DNA from: Candidatus Falkowbacteria bacterium RIFOXYD12_FULL_34_57
GTDB taxonomy: Bacteria; Patescibacteriota; Patescibacteriia; Patescibacteriales; UBA12075
Assembly: GCA_001780285.1 (NCBI GenBank)
Contig: MFGN01000006.1
Location: 1 to 63,241, forward strand
Direction: 5' to 3'
Length of the DNA stretch: 63,241 nucleotides
The notes under the pieces are model-generated. The model was given only the letters and a program-made list of their open reading frames with translations. It ran no database searches and had not been told where the DNA came from. Positions 48,155-57,555 of the stretch are shown piece after piece. The number at the start of each line of letters is the position of its first letter. The first letter of the stretch is position 1. Both the position numbers and the translations under genes were made by a program.

Positions 48155-50143
48155 TTATTTTTTAATTAAATTAATATATTTATTTTCCCTAATAAAGGGG
48201 TGAAAAATTCGTCCCCCTCCTTCAAAAAATGTTTTAAAAAATTCAACATATTGCAAACGACCAGAGTGCACAAAAGCACCAACTAAACTAATTACCAAAT
48301 TCATAAGATGCCCACCAATCAAGACTAAAACCATGAGCAGCCAACCAATATAAGGAATCTTGTCATAGACCATTGCACCTACAATATTAACAACCATCCC
48401 AATAATACCAGTAGCAAGCCCCAGAGCTAATAAACGAGAATAGGACAAAATATCCGACACATATCCAGAAATCCCAAAATAAAGTTGGGTTAACCCCCCA
48501 AAAATTTTCATTATGGGGTTTTTGCTTTTTCCCTGAGTTAATACAACTAAAATAATTGCTGAAATTACGGCATATAAAGCTGCCTGATTCACACTTGGTG
48601 GCAACACTCCCTTTATGGTTGCTATCCAAAAACCAATAGTTAATAAAAAATAAATCCATACCCCAGAAGTCAAAAGTCCATCTTTTACTTCTCCTTGTTT
48701 TATCTTACAACTCAGGCTAATAAAATTTCCAAATACTAAATGAATATAACCCAACAATATTGAAAGTGCCAATATGGTTAGGGGATCTTTTACTGGATCT
48801 ACTTGCCTGATTGCAATCAGTGGTTTAGCGAGCCAAGCCAAGCTTTCTGGTAGATCATCCAAAACCACGCCGAACCAACCGCCAGTTAACCCCCCCGCTA
48901 TAAATGTTACTATACCGCCAAAAAATAATACTTGTAGTAATTTTTTTGTACCTCCGGTAAATTTAAAAAATTTCAAAAATATAAATGAACAAATCGTTAA
49001 AATAATTCCGTATCCCGCATCAGTTAAACAAAGACCAAAAAAAATGATAAAAAAACCAGCCAAAAATGGTGTTGGATCCACTTCGCCATACCTGGGGAAA
49101 CCATAAATACTTGTAACAAACTCAAATGGTGTCACAAGTTTGGAATTTTTCATAATAATCGGCACCGGTTCATCTTCTTTTATTTTTAGTTCTATGATAT
49201 CAAAAAAATCAGTAATTTTTTGTATTCCTTTCTTAAGTTCCGATAATTCAGTGTTTTTTATCCAACCCAAAACAGAAAAGGTGTTTTCCGTAAACTCAAA
49301 ATTTTCTTGAATATTTTCTTGTTTTAATTGCCAGGTTAAAAAATCAAAAATAATTTGTAAATTTTCAAAATGTTTATTGGCAATTTCCTGCACCTCGCTT
49401 TTTATTTTCCCTATTTCCGTTTCAACACCCTCTATTTCTTTATCTATTTCATCAATTCTCTCCCTAACAGAAATATTTCCCAGGGGCGATTCAATTAACT
49501 TAAAACTATTATTATTTAAAAAATTAAAAAATCTTCTTTCGTATTCTTTAATAAAAATAATATAAACAAAAGAACAAGAATCATTTTGCTCAACACGGGT
49601 GATGTTAATTTTTGTAAATTTTTTATTTATCTTATTGCAAAACTCATCATATTTATCATTAGCAATGCTTCCCAAAACCACTTTTACATTTTTTGTCTCT
49701 ATATCATTTTCGGTCAATGGTAAATTTTTCCATGGTAATAATTTTTTCTTTTCCTCGTTTAATTTTATAATTAAACTCTTTAAGGTATTAAATCCTTGCC
49801 CACAATCCTCAATTTTTTCGCAAACTTCAAAATATTTAAAATCATTTTGAAGCTTAAAAATTTCATCTAAATAGATATTTTTCTTCTCTTGGTTAATTTT
49901 TTCAGTTAAGGTTCGCGTATCCTGATGATATGAAGACAAAAAGTCAAGAGCATAAGTAATTTTGGATAATTTATATTCAGTATTAGTTGCTTCATCATTC
50001 CGTCTCTCCCGCACCAAAATTGCTGAAGCATCTTTGGCGGGCAATATTTCCATAAATCCTCTATCAAATAAAAACTCAAGGATTTCTTTCTTTGAATCAT
50101 TATGGGCAATAATGTTAATTTTTTTAATTTTAGCTACGGACAT
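48155..50143 (-). CDS. ntpI: V/A-type ATPase subunit I (a-like)
   Basis: 662 aa. Soluble N-terminal half plus a C-terminal half of about 7-8 TM helices, with YSRLLALGLATG (conserved Arg). Confidence 0.9.
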   Translation of the reverse strand: MSVAKIKKINIIAHNDSKKEILEFLFDRGFMEILPAKDASAILVRERRNDEATNTEYKLSKITYALDFLSSYHQDTRTLTEKINQEKKNIYLDEIFKLQNDFKYFEVCEKIEDCGQGFNTLKSLIIKLNEEKKKLLPWKNLPLTENDIETKNVKVVLGSIANDKYDEFCNKINKKFTKINITRVEQNDSCSFVYIIFIKEYERRFFNFLNNNSFKLIESPLGNISVRERIDEIDKEIEGVETEIGKIKSEVQEIANKHFENLQIIFDFLTWQLKQENIQENFEFTENTFSVLGWIKNTELSELKKGIQKITDFFDIIELKIKEDEPVPIIMKNSKLVTPFEFVTSIYGFPRYGEVDPTPFLAGFFIIFFGLCLTDAGYGIILTICSFIFLKFFKFTGGTKKLLQVLFFGGIVTFIAGGLTGGWFGVVLDDLPESLAWLAKPLIAIRQVDPVKDPLTILALSILLGYIHLVFGNFISLSCKIKQGEVKDGLLTSGVWIYFLLTIGFWIATIKGVLPPSVNQAALYAVISAIILVVLTQGKSKNPIMKIFGGLTQLYFGISGYVSDILSYSRLLALGLATGIIGMVVNIVGAMVYDKIPYIGWLLMVLVLIGGHLMNLVISLVGAFVHSGRLQYVEFFKTFFEGGGRIFHPFIRENKYINLIKK

Positions 50144-50146
50144 TGT

Positions 50147-50458
50147 TTATAGGCTAATTAATTTTTCAACTAAAAATTCGGAGACCTTCCTGATTCTGCT
50201 CTCTGATTCCTGTTTTATCTTTTGTGTTTCACGAAGCACTTTCTGTTCGACATCAATAATATATTTATCCATCTTAACAGACAGATCTAAAAGATATTTT
50301 TCTGTTTCTTGGTTGGCTTTTTCAACCCTACTTTTAAGTTCATCTTCTTTCTTTTTTATTAAATCATTTATTTCATCTCTACTTTTTTCTTCGGCTTTTG
50401 CAATAATTCTTTCCGCTTCTTTCTCATGTTTTTTTATCTCTTTAATTGGGTTATCCAT
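50147..50458 (-). CDS. V/A-type ATPase peripheral-stalk subunit (G/H-like)
   Basis: 103-aa K/E-rich coiled coil. It is the first gene of the operon and ends 4 nt before subunit I. Confidence 0.65.
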   Translation of the reverse strand: MDNPIKEIKKHEKEAERIIAKAEEKSRDEINDLIKKKEDELKSRVEKANQETEKYLLDLSVKMDKYIIDVEQKVLRETQKIKQESESRIRKVSEFLVEKLISL

Positions 50459-50633
50459 AAAAATTAATCTTAGTTTTTAGAAACAAAAAGGCTCCTTTGG
50501 ATGGAGTTCTTTTTTAATCATCTTTATTATTTATCAGATCAGCAAAAAAGTCAAGTCCCCATTTTTTTGAAAATGGAGTACATTAGGACACAAAATACAA
50601 ATAAATTTTTTATAATACAAAGCTGAAAACAAA

Positions 50634-51473
50634 CTAAATATTAAAAAATTTTCTGGCATTTTTTGTGGTTATTTCCGCTATTTTTTCTTGAGATAAATTT
50701 TTTATTTCCGCAATGCGTTTTGCAACATATTTTACATATATTGGCTCATTTTTTTGTCCCCTGTGGGGCTCTGGGGTCATAAAAGGACAATCGGTTTCAA
50801 TCATAAATTTATTGCTTGGAAGCTTTCGAATCAGATCATCCCATTGCTGACTAAAAGTAATAAGACCAGTAAAAGAGATTATAAAACCCAGACTGAAATA
50901 CTGCCAAGCCAGATCCTCATCACCAGAAAAACAGTGCATAACCCCCCATGGCTTATCCACAGATATCAAATCCCTATATTCTTTTTTAAATTCTTTTAAA
51001 ATTTCAATCATATCATCATGGGCTTGTCTACAATGAACAATAACCGGCAAATCTGCCCGACGCGCCAATAATAATTGTTCCCAAAAAACTTTTTTTTGAG
51101 TTTCTTTTATATGCGCGGCATCATGACCAATATCCATATGATAATAATCCAAACCTATCTCCCCAATAGCTACCACCTTCTGAAAACTAGATAATTTTTC
51201 ATATATATCATAATTAAACTCCTCTCCTCTGGTTTGAAAATCATAATCCCTAGACTCGGCGCGAAACGAAAAAATATGCATCGGATGCAAACCCACAGCT
51301 ACATAAACTCCTTTTTCATATTTATTGGCATAATCCAGAGCGCGTTTTGATGTTTTATAGTCAGCACCAACCACAATCATCCAAGTCTGCTCCGAAAGCG
51401 AATTCTGGATGACCTTATCTGCGTCATCTTTAAAATTATTAAAATTTATATGTGAGTGAGTATCTATATACAT
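50634..51473 (-). CDS. tatD: TatD-family metal-dependent hydrolase
   Basis: Start taken at MYIDTHSHINF (ATG 51473). EIGLDYY, VIVHCRQAHDD, GVMHCFSG and ETDCPFM are present. The 27-codon upstream extension in the track covers a conserved noncoding motif. Confidence 0.9.
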   Translation of the reverse strand: MYIDTHSHINFNNFKDDADKVIQNSLSEQTWMIVVGADYKTSKRALDYANKYEKGVYVAVGLHPMHIFSFRAESRDYDFQTRGEEFNYDIYEKLSSFQKVVAIGEIGLDYYHMDIGHDAAHIKETQKKVFWEQLLLARRADLPVIVHCRQAHDDMIEILKEFKKEYRDLISVDKPWGVMHCFSGDEDLAWQYFSLGFIISFTGLITFSQQWDDLIRKLPSNKFMIETDCPFMTPEPHRGQKNEPIYVKYVAKRIAEIKNLSQEKIAEITTKNARKFFNI

Positions 51474-51741
51474 AAACTTCAAACTTAAAACTAAAAACGC
51501 AAAATACAAGGTTAAAGAATCGCTTATGCGACATTTATAATAAATTGAAATCACAAATCACAAACATCAAATCTCCAATAAGCACAAAAATTCAAATCTA
51601 AAATCATAAACATTAGATTTTATTATTTTATATTTTGGTTTTCTGAATTTGAAATTTAATTTTTGTTATTTATAAATTGTTGGATATTTTTTCAGCGAGG
51701 CCGTAAAACCTCGCTGAAAAACATAATTCTAAATTTTGTTT

Positions 51742-51909
51742 TTATTGTATCTCTTCTTCTTTTTCTTTTTCTTCTTCCATACCGGTTTCATCCGCTGATT
51801 CCGGCGTTTCTGTTTGTTCTACTGATCCTGTTTCCTGCTCTGTTGGCTGCTCCGGTTGTTCACCCCCACCCATGCCGAGCATTTTTTTGATAGTGTCTAA
51901 TAATCCCAT
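51742..51909 (-). CDS. Possible small acidic protein (55 aa)
   Basis: Below the track cutoff. Sequence is MGLLDTIKKMLGMGGGEQPEQPTEQETGSVEQTETPESADETGMEEEKEKEEEIQ. It is followed on the minus strand by a strong terminator (51686-51721, ttcagcgagg-ttttacgg-cctcgctgaa). Confidence 0.4.
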   Translation of the reverse strand: MGLLDTIKKMLGMGGGEQPEQPTEQETGSVEQTETPESADETGMEEEKEKEEEIQ

Positions 51910-51989
51910 AAATTTAAATCGTTAATTTATAAGTAATATTATTAATTATATTATCATTTTACAAAAAAAATAAATTTTTAGCAAATTTT

Positions 51990-52511
51990 TTATATCAAAC
52001 TCTTGAGCATTTTCAACATTTCCGGCAACAAGGGCAGAAGCAGATTATTTATTTTCAGAAAATAAGGAGTTAATTCTGAATTTATCAGCCATCTGCCGAA
52101 TATGCTTTCAATAAATGTATAACGAGAAGCAACATAAAGAACCAGCCCGATAGACAATGAGCCTATAAGCGCTCCTAATATCCCTCCACCAAGACGATTA
52201 AATGATTTTAAAAAAGGAATAATCGACAAAATATTAAAAGTACGGTCTATAAAGAAAAATCCAATACCCACTACATGATGAATAAATGAAAAAAGAATGA
52301 CAAAAACCAGTACTTTGCCCAAATTATCAAATCCTATAAACAAGCCGTCTATCATGCCATAAACAGCCAGATAATAACGGCTGGCGATTACCGCTCCGAT
52401 GATAAGTCCTATCAGGGATCCGACGGTGCGAATCAGGCCGAAAAACAATCCGTAAAAAACAAAACCGGATAAAATAATTAATAATACGACGTCTATAATT
52501 GGAACCATCAT
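51990..52511 (-). CDS. cvpA: CvpA-family membrane protein
   Basis: 173 aa and 4 TM helices. Starts MMVPIIDVVLLIILSGFVFYGLFFGLIRT, which is typical of colicin V production protein family members. Confidence 0.75.
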   Translation of the reverse strand: MMVPIIDVVLLIILSGFVFYGLFFGLIRTVGSLIGLIIGAVIASRYYLAVYGMIDGLFIGFDNLGKVLVFVILFSFIHHVVGIGFFFIDRTFNILSIIPFLKSFNRLGGGILGALIGSLSIGLVLYVASRYTFIESIFGRWLINSELTPYFLKINNLLLPLLPEMLKMLKSLI

Positions 52512-52592
52512 ATATTTTTATTTAATTAGTTATACTATTATTATAGCAAATTTTAACTAAAAAAAACAGGGAAATTTTACCCTGTTTATTTT

Positions 52593-53024
52593 TTATTTTT
52601 TTTTATTGGCTCTTTCCAGATCTTTATGGGTATTTTTTAAAGTCAATCCATAATGCACAGCCAAAAGAACATTGCCGTATGTTTTTCCCGGGGCTACTTC
52701 CAGTTTATGGGCGTTGGCTAATACAATATTTTTCTCTGGCATAAATTTTTGTGCCATTCTGGCTCCGCCCATGTCCCAATGACTGCCCGTAGAGGCAGAA
52801 TTCCACCAAACATGTATCTCGTCAGCCCAGATAATATCATCTTCATGCTCTTCTACAATCCGCATGCCAAATTCATCATTCTGATTAGTATCGCGATAAG
52901 GAAGGCGGACATCATGTCCCTGATTTTCCAGTCCGGCAACATAAGCATCAATCTCTGATTTTTCTTCATCCTTTAAACCACGAACCGAACAAATAATATA
53001 AATCTTTTTTTTCGACAGAACCAC
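52593..53024 (-). CDS. Nucleoside 2-deoxyribosyltransferase-like small Rossmann protein (tentative)
   Basis: 143 aa. Has KIYIICSVRG...E...I..ADEIHVWWNSASTGSHWDMGGA, which resembles NDT/DUF4406-type folds. The acidic residue is D rather than E. Confidence 0.35.
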   Translation of the reverse strand: MVLSKKKIYIICSVRGLKDEEKSEIDAYVAGLENQGHDVRLPYRDTNQNDEFGMRIVEEHEDDIIWADEIHVWWNSASTGSHWDMGGARMAQKFMPEKNIVLANAHKLEVAPGKTYGNVLLAVHYGLTLKNTHKDLERANKKK

Positions 53025-53037
53025 CTCCTGTTATAAA

Positions 53038-53649
53038 TTATTGTTCTATTTTGTCCAGTATTTTTTCGGCTATTTTTTTTATCTCGCCAATGTTCATTTT
53101 ATTAATTATTTTTTTCGTATCGTTTTCGGAAAACTTAAATTTTGAATCATAAAACTTCTTCCATAACAACCAATGATAAAGAAAAACCTCCAAAAAAATA
53201 ATATCAATATTTACATTTAAAACAAAATTCTTGAATAGGTCTCTGCTTTTCTTGTTAACCCACCGATCAACAATTTTTATCTTGTCCATAAAGCTTAAAA
53301 TATTTTCACATTCCGGAGTAAGGCTTTTCGTGTCAGAAAACAGAAATTCTTTATTATTCATTAATCTGTCCGCTTTGTAGCTGATTATTATCAAATCATC
53401 ATCGCTAAGCTGATCAAAAATTTTATCCATATAATCATCATATTTTATGGGATCTATTTGGGGATGCTTATTTCTTAAATAAGCAAAGATAACAATTTCC
53501 GCCAAAATCAGCTGATAGTTAATATTAATCTCTTTGTCCGCATAACAGATTTCCCCCTCATCATCCCTTCCCAGCCATGAAAAAACAATATTATAATCTA
53601 TATTTTCCAAAAAGTTTAATATTTCTGTTCCCAGTTTAGTTTTAATCAT
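53038..53649 (-). CDS. Hypothetical protein (203 aa)
   Basis: AAGGAG lies 9 nt before the ATG. It ends 13 nt upstream of 52593..53024. No recognisable motif. Confidence 0.55.
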   Translation of the reverse strand: MIKTKLGTEILNFLENIDYNIVFSWLGRDDEGEICYADKEININYQLILAEIVIFAYLRNKHPQIDPIKYDDYMDKIFDQLSDDDLIIISYKADRLMNNKEFLFSDTKSLTPECENILSFMDKIKIVDRWVNKKSRDLFKNFVLNVNIDIIFLEVFLYHWLLWKKFYDSKFKFSENDTKKIINKMNIGEIKKIAEKILDKIEQ

Positions 53650-53767
53650 CTCAATTTACTCCTTAATTATGTATAAAGTAAATTTCATTGTTAAATAGCC
53701 GCTTTATCTGTAAATATATAAACATATTTTTTTCGAAAAATCAAGAAGAATCAAATATCTTTTAACC

Positions 53768-53987
53768 AAAAAAGCCTGAAAGGCTTTTTGAAGTCTCCGC
53801 CCAAGGCGGACACAGCGCCTTTCCATGGCCGCCCCAGGCGGGGGCGTGGTGAATAATGGAATATCTAATATTAAACACTTTTACCCTTTATAAATAGTAA
53901 AAAATAATCCCCCTTCGGGAGATCCCCCACAAGATGAAGCCATATAACAGATATGGGATTAGGGGGAAAATTCCTATACGATAAAAA
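53768..53987. repeat. Intergenic GC-hairpin repeat element, copy B
   Basis: Near-identical to copy A, with loop substitutions in both GC hairpins and an extra AT-rich block of about 40 nt (53863-53905) that is shared with copy C. Confidence 0.9.
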
Positions 53988-54029
53988 AGAGCCAAACCAA
54001 TGACTCTTTTTATAATATTTATAAAATTA

Positions 54030-55145
54030 TTATCTGGTAGCCCCACTGTAAGTTATTGCTTGCATAGTGTTCCACTCATCGGTGGTCCTCGGTAATTTTC
54101 CAAAAATATCCTTAAAAATCTTTATTCCTTGTCTTTCCGAATTCAAATTTCTATTTTCGGCCTTTTGACGAAGCCCATAAGCCATAACTTTCACGGCCGC
54201 AGCATCATTTGAATTATTCATATCCGGAAAGCGCAAATAAATCTTCTTAAATTGCTCTTTGGCTTTATTTTCCGCTTCTTCGCTAAATCTGCTGGGCCAG
54301 CGTCCATTAGCAATTTTAATTGCATCAGCCAATTCGGTTTCATCTTCCGGTAATTTACCAAAAGCCTCTTTAAATGAATACATCACGGCGGCCCGCTCTC
54401 CCTCTCCAAGCTTCTTGGTATTATCATCCACCCCATAGGTGATAAATTGATTAATAGAATTCTGCATAGCTTCGGTTACAACAGATACGCCGATTAAAAG
54501 TTTTTGCAAATGCTTAATTTGATTTTGTTGTTCCTTAACCAAACTTCTGAGCTCTTTTAGTTCAGACAATATATCATCTAGCTGGCTATTTTTTAATTTT
54601 TCCGCATTTTTTTCTATTTTTTGAATCTGCTCATCTCTCGTACATTCTCCATAATAAGCTTTTTGTATACCCTTGCTATCTAAAACACATTTATTAGAAT
54701 AAGTTTTTCCATCTTTTCCGCATACCGGAGTATAATCCATAGTACAGGCTGTTGAATTATCTCCAATAGCAACTTGGATTTGATTACTATAAATTCCGCA
54801 TTTACCACCCAAGTATTCACAAACACGAACATGATAGACACCGCTGCCTGTAAACGCAGTTACTGTATCGTGATTGTACTCGGGGCTGGAAGAATAGTTA
54901 TACTTATCTCCTTCTCGCAAAGGATAAGTTGGATTTTCATTTTTTGACCAAACCAATTTAAACCCCTGAGATGAATAACCGTCCGCAACCCAGCTGACAT
55001 TCGCGCCATCCGCAGTAATAATAATTGACTTTACACTGTTTGTATCTGTTGCACTAACTCCTTCATTATAATTACCAAGCGCAGGCGATGAACTCAGCAC
55101 AAAAATAAAACAAGCGACTCCTAAAATTTTTTTTAAATTCTTCAT
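54030..55145 (-). CDS. Secreted protein with a Kazal-like domain
   Basis: 371 aa. Signal peptide is [25 protein letters not shown] beta-rich N-domain is followed by [35 protein letters not shown] (Kazal core Y.PVCG.DG.TY.N.C), then a coiled coil and a helical C-domain. Confidence 0.75.
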   Translation of the reverse strand: MKNLKKILGVACFIFVLSSSPALGNYNEGVSATDTNSVKSIIITADGANVSWVADGYSSQGFKLVWSKNENPTYPLREGDKYNYSSSPEYNHDTVTAFTGSGVYHVRVCEYLGGKCGIYSNQIQVAIGDNSTACTMDYTPVCGKDGKTYSNKCVLDSKGIQKAYYGECTRDEQIQKIEKNAEKLKNSQLDDILSELKELRSLVKEQQNQIKHLQKLLIGVSVVTEAMQNSINQFITYGVDDNTKKLGEGERAAVMYSFKEAFGKLPEDETELADAIKIANGRWPSRFSEEAENKAKEQFKKIYLRFPDMNNSNDAAAVKVMAYGLRQKAENRNLNSERQGIKIFKDIFGKLPRTTDEWNTMQAITYSGATR

Positions 55146-55195
55146 AGTTATTATTTATAATTAATTTATTAACCGCTCAATATCAAATATATTTA

Positions 55196-56278
55196 TTACA
55201 AAGAAATAATAAATTTCTTTAAAATATTATAAAATTTTTCTATCTGAGATATATCCACCCACTCATCTTGACCGTGTATGTTTCCTGAATCAATTTTAGT
55301 CAAAATAACCGGAATATTTTTTTCACAAAAGAATCGCGCATCAGACGCTCCGGTTTCCCTGATGAATTTTATTTTTTTACCCATCTCTTTTTCCGCTGTC
55401 TTCTTATAATCCTGAATATATTTATTTTTCATATCCTGTTCAAAATAAAAACCATTCACTAAAACTTCAAAATTATCCGTAATTTTTTTTATCTTCTGTA
55501 AAACAATTTTTCTTTCTTTTTCATTCGCCAATCTGATATCTAAAAACATCTCCGCATAATCCGGAACCTTGTTGATTGCTCCTCCTCCTGAAATTTTGCC
55601 GATATTCAAGCTGTTTTTCCACTGGTTTTTTTTAATATCCGGAATTTCTTTTTTAATCTGAAAATATATTTTCATTAATTTCTCTACGGCATTATCGCCC
55701 AAAAAGGGCCGAGAGCCATGAGCGGATATGCCCCGAGCCCACACCCTGATATGCATAATACCCTTTTCCGCCATAACCACGGTATCCAAACCGGTTCCTC
55801 CGTCGGGAATAATAGCGCAATTCGAACTATAACCGGCTTTCTTAAGCAAATAACCGATTCCATTCTCACCGCCCACCTCTTCGTCGGTAGTCAGAATGAG
55901 TCCTATATTCGGTTTTTCTTTTACCTTTGAAAAATATTTCATGATCTCTATCATTACGGCACAAGCCGTTTTCATATCGCCCGATCCGCGTCCGCAAAGC
56001 TTATGGCCGATTATTCCGGGACAAAAATCATTTTTTTCAGCCGGCACCACATCCAAATGTCCGTTTAAAAATAATTTTGGATTTTTCGTTTTTTGCAAAG
56101 TAATAATCAAAGAAGGAACATTCTTGTAAATAATTTCCCGGACATAAACATCACACTCGGCAAACTCCTGATAAACAAACTCAATAATTTTCTTTCTAGT
56201 CCGAAAATTATCATGCGTGCTTTCAAATCTAATTAATTTTTTAGTCAAATTTATTATTTGTTTGGTATTTTGATTCAT
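55196..56278 (-). CDS. M20-family metallopeptidase (ArgE/DapE/CPG2-like)
   Basis: 360 aa. Has LNGHLDVVP, GRGSGDMK, LTTDEEVGGENG and GISAHGS. Confidence 0.85.
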   Translation of the reverse strand: MNQNTKQIINLTKKLIRFESTHDNFRTRKKIIEFVYQEFAECDVYVREIIYKNVPSLIITLQKTKNPKLFLNGHLDVVPAEKNDFCPGIIGHKLCGRGSGDMKTACAVMIEIMKYFSKVKEKPNIGLILTTDEEVGGENGIGYLLKKAGYSSNCAIIPDGGTGLDTVVMAEKGIMHIRVWARGISAHGSRPFLGDNAVEKLMKIYFQIKKEIPDIKKNQWKNSLNIGKISGGGAINKVPDYAEMFLDIRLANEKERKIVLQKIKKITDNFEVLVNGFYFEQDMKNKYIQDYKKTAEKEMGKKIKFIRETGASDARFFCEKNIPVILTKIDSGNIHGQDEWVDISQIEKFYNILKKFIISL

Positions 56279-56371
56279 AGTTTTTTAACTTATGGATATT
56301 AGCTTGTTGGTTTATAAAAATAAAAAAACCAGAAGCTAACACCTAAGTTAATCTTATCAAAATTTAAGATT

Positions 56372-56400
56372 AAAAAAAAGGGTAAATTATTTTACCCCTT
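56372..56400 (-). terminator. Intrinsic terminator after ATP-grasp 1
   Basis: Minus strand: aaggggtaaaataatttaccc followed by tttttttt. Confidence 0.8.
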
Positions 56401-56406
56401 ATTTTT

Positions 56407-57555
56407 TTAAATCATTTTTTGAATAGCTTTTTTATAATATTCTATTTCATCTTTTTCTTGAGCAACAATTAATATCCCGATAGTGCCATTGATTGCGCAA
56501 CCCCAGTTAAAAACGACCAGCCCGCTCTTGCGCTTCGGATCATACTCTAAAGATCGGTCAAAATTCCAATCATTCAAATTGGTAAAATCCACATCATAAC
56601 CGCGTCCATGCCAGAATTTAGCGCCCAGTCTTTGAGCTATAAAAAACGGATAAGAAGCGCCGGTAAAACGAGGATTGCATTCCAAAAGCTGATACTGATT
56701 ATTATCGTAATTATCCTTTACAACCACCATATCAATTCCAAAGTGTCCCTTCATGCCGCATTCAAACATATATTGAGCCAAAACATCCGTAACATTTCTG
56801 GGATCATATTCAATCGGACCATAATTTCCTTTGTGCACGTCTCCTTTTAAAATCTGCGCCGTAGTGGCTACAAAATACAATTGTCCGCCTGTTACCCGAT
56901 ACTGAGAACTGATAAAACAATCCGAATCTGCTTTTTCCTGAATCTGGAACCTGACTCCGGGCTTTATTTTAGCCAATTGTTCGGCCAATTCCAAAAAATG
57001 CGCGCATTTATGCACCCCCATTCCGGAAACCGATCTGGAAAGCTTAAAATAACAAGGAAAGGGAAAAACATGCAAATCATTGATTTCTTCCACGGAGTTA
57101 AACAAAAAAGTTTTCGGCGTAGGCAATCCTAATTCCCGGGACTTTTTGATAAAAAAATTTTTTTCATTCATTCTGTCGGCAATACTAAACCATTTTTCAT
57201 CCGGACGAATACCATGAATTTTTTCGCCGAAATAAAATACGGAAAAATCATAATCACCATAATCCTTCAAAACATCAAAATCCTTGTCCCAAATAATATT
57301 TTCCGAACATTTTAAACCGATGCGGCGGAAATGATCCCTGACCCAATCATAATTCGGTTTTAAAATCGGAGAAAACTGAATAATATCTTCCCTGTGGGAT
57401 ATTCCCAAAACCCTGCCGGAATAAGCATCCAAACCGGAAACCTTATCAAGCTCTTCTTCTGTGGAGCAACCCCGAAGATCATGATTAATAATAACCGGCC
57501 TTCTTGAAATATCCCCCTCTTTTTGATTCCCGCAACACTCTCTAATCTTAATCAT
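56407..57555 (-). CDS. ATP-grasp fold ligase, paralog 1 (substrate unknown)
   Basis: 382 aa. Has CYFKLSRSVSGMGVHKC (Lys plus Gly-rich loop), RFQIQEK and the ECNPRFTGASYP (E-x-N Mg site). GGAGG lies 9 nt before the ATG. Clearly paralogous to 57961..59148. Confidence 0.8.
   Translation of the reverse strand: MIKIRECCGNQKEGDISRRPVIINHDLRGCSTEEELDKVSGLDAYSGRVLGISHREDIIQFSPILKPNYDWVRDHFRRIGLKCSENIIWDKDFDVLKDYGDYDFSVFYFGEKIHGIRPDEKWFSIADRMNEKNFFIKKSRELGLPTPKTFLFNSVEEINDLHVFPFPCYFKLSRSVSGMGVHKCAHFLELAEQLAKIKPGVRFQIQEKADSDCFISSQYRVTGGQLYFVATTAQILKGDVHKGNYGPIEYDPRNVTDVLAQYMFECGMKGHFGIDMVVVKDNYDNNQYQLLECNPRFTGASYPFFIAQRLGAKFWHGRGYDVDFTNLNDWNFDRSLEYDPKRKSGLVVFNWGCAINGTIGILIVAQEKDEIEYYKKAIQKMI

Noticed and set aside
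50953-50961. TTATCCACA DnaA-box consensus, and parAB nearby as a hint of oriC
   Set aside because: It is a single box inside the tatD coding region. No cluster of DnaA boxes, no dnaA/dnaN genes and no AT-rich unwinding-element context are visible in the window.
51474-51554. N-terminal 27-codon extension of the tatD ORF in the track (MISIYYKCRISDSLTLYFAFLVLSLKF)
   Set aside because: TatD proteins start close to the (I/V)D(T/S)H.H motif, which here follows the internal ATG at 51473. The extension covers the CGCATAAGCGA / TTTTTAGTTTTAAG motif that is also found in the noncoding leader of groEL.
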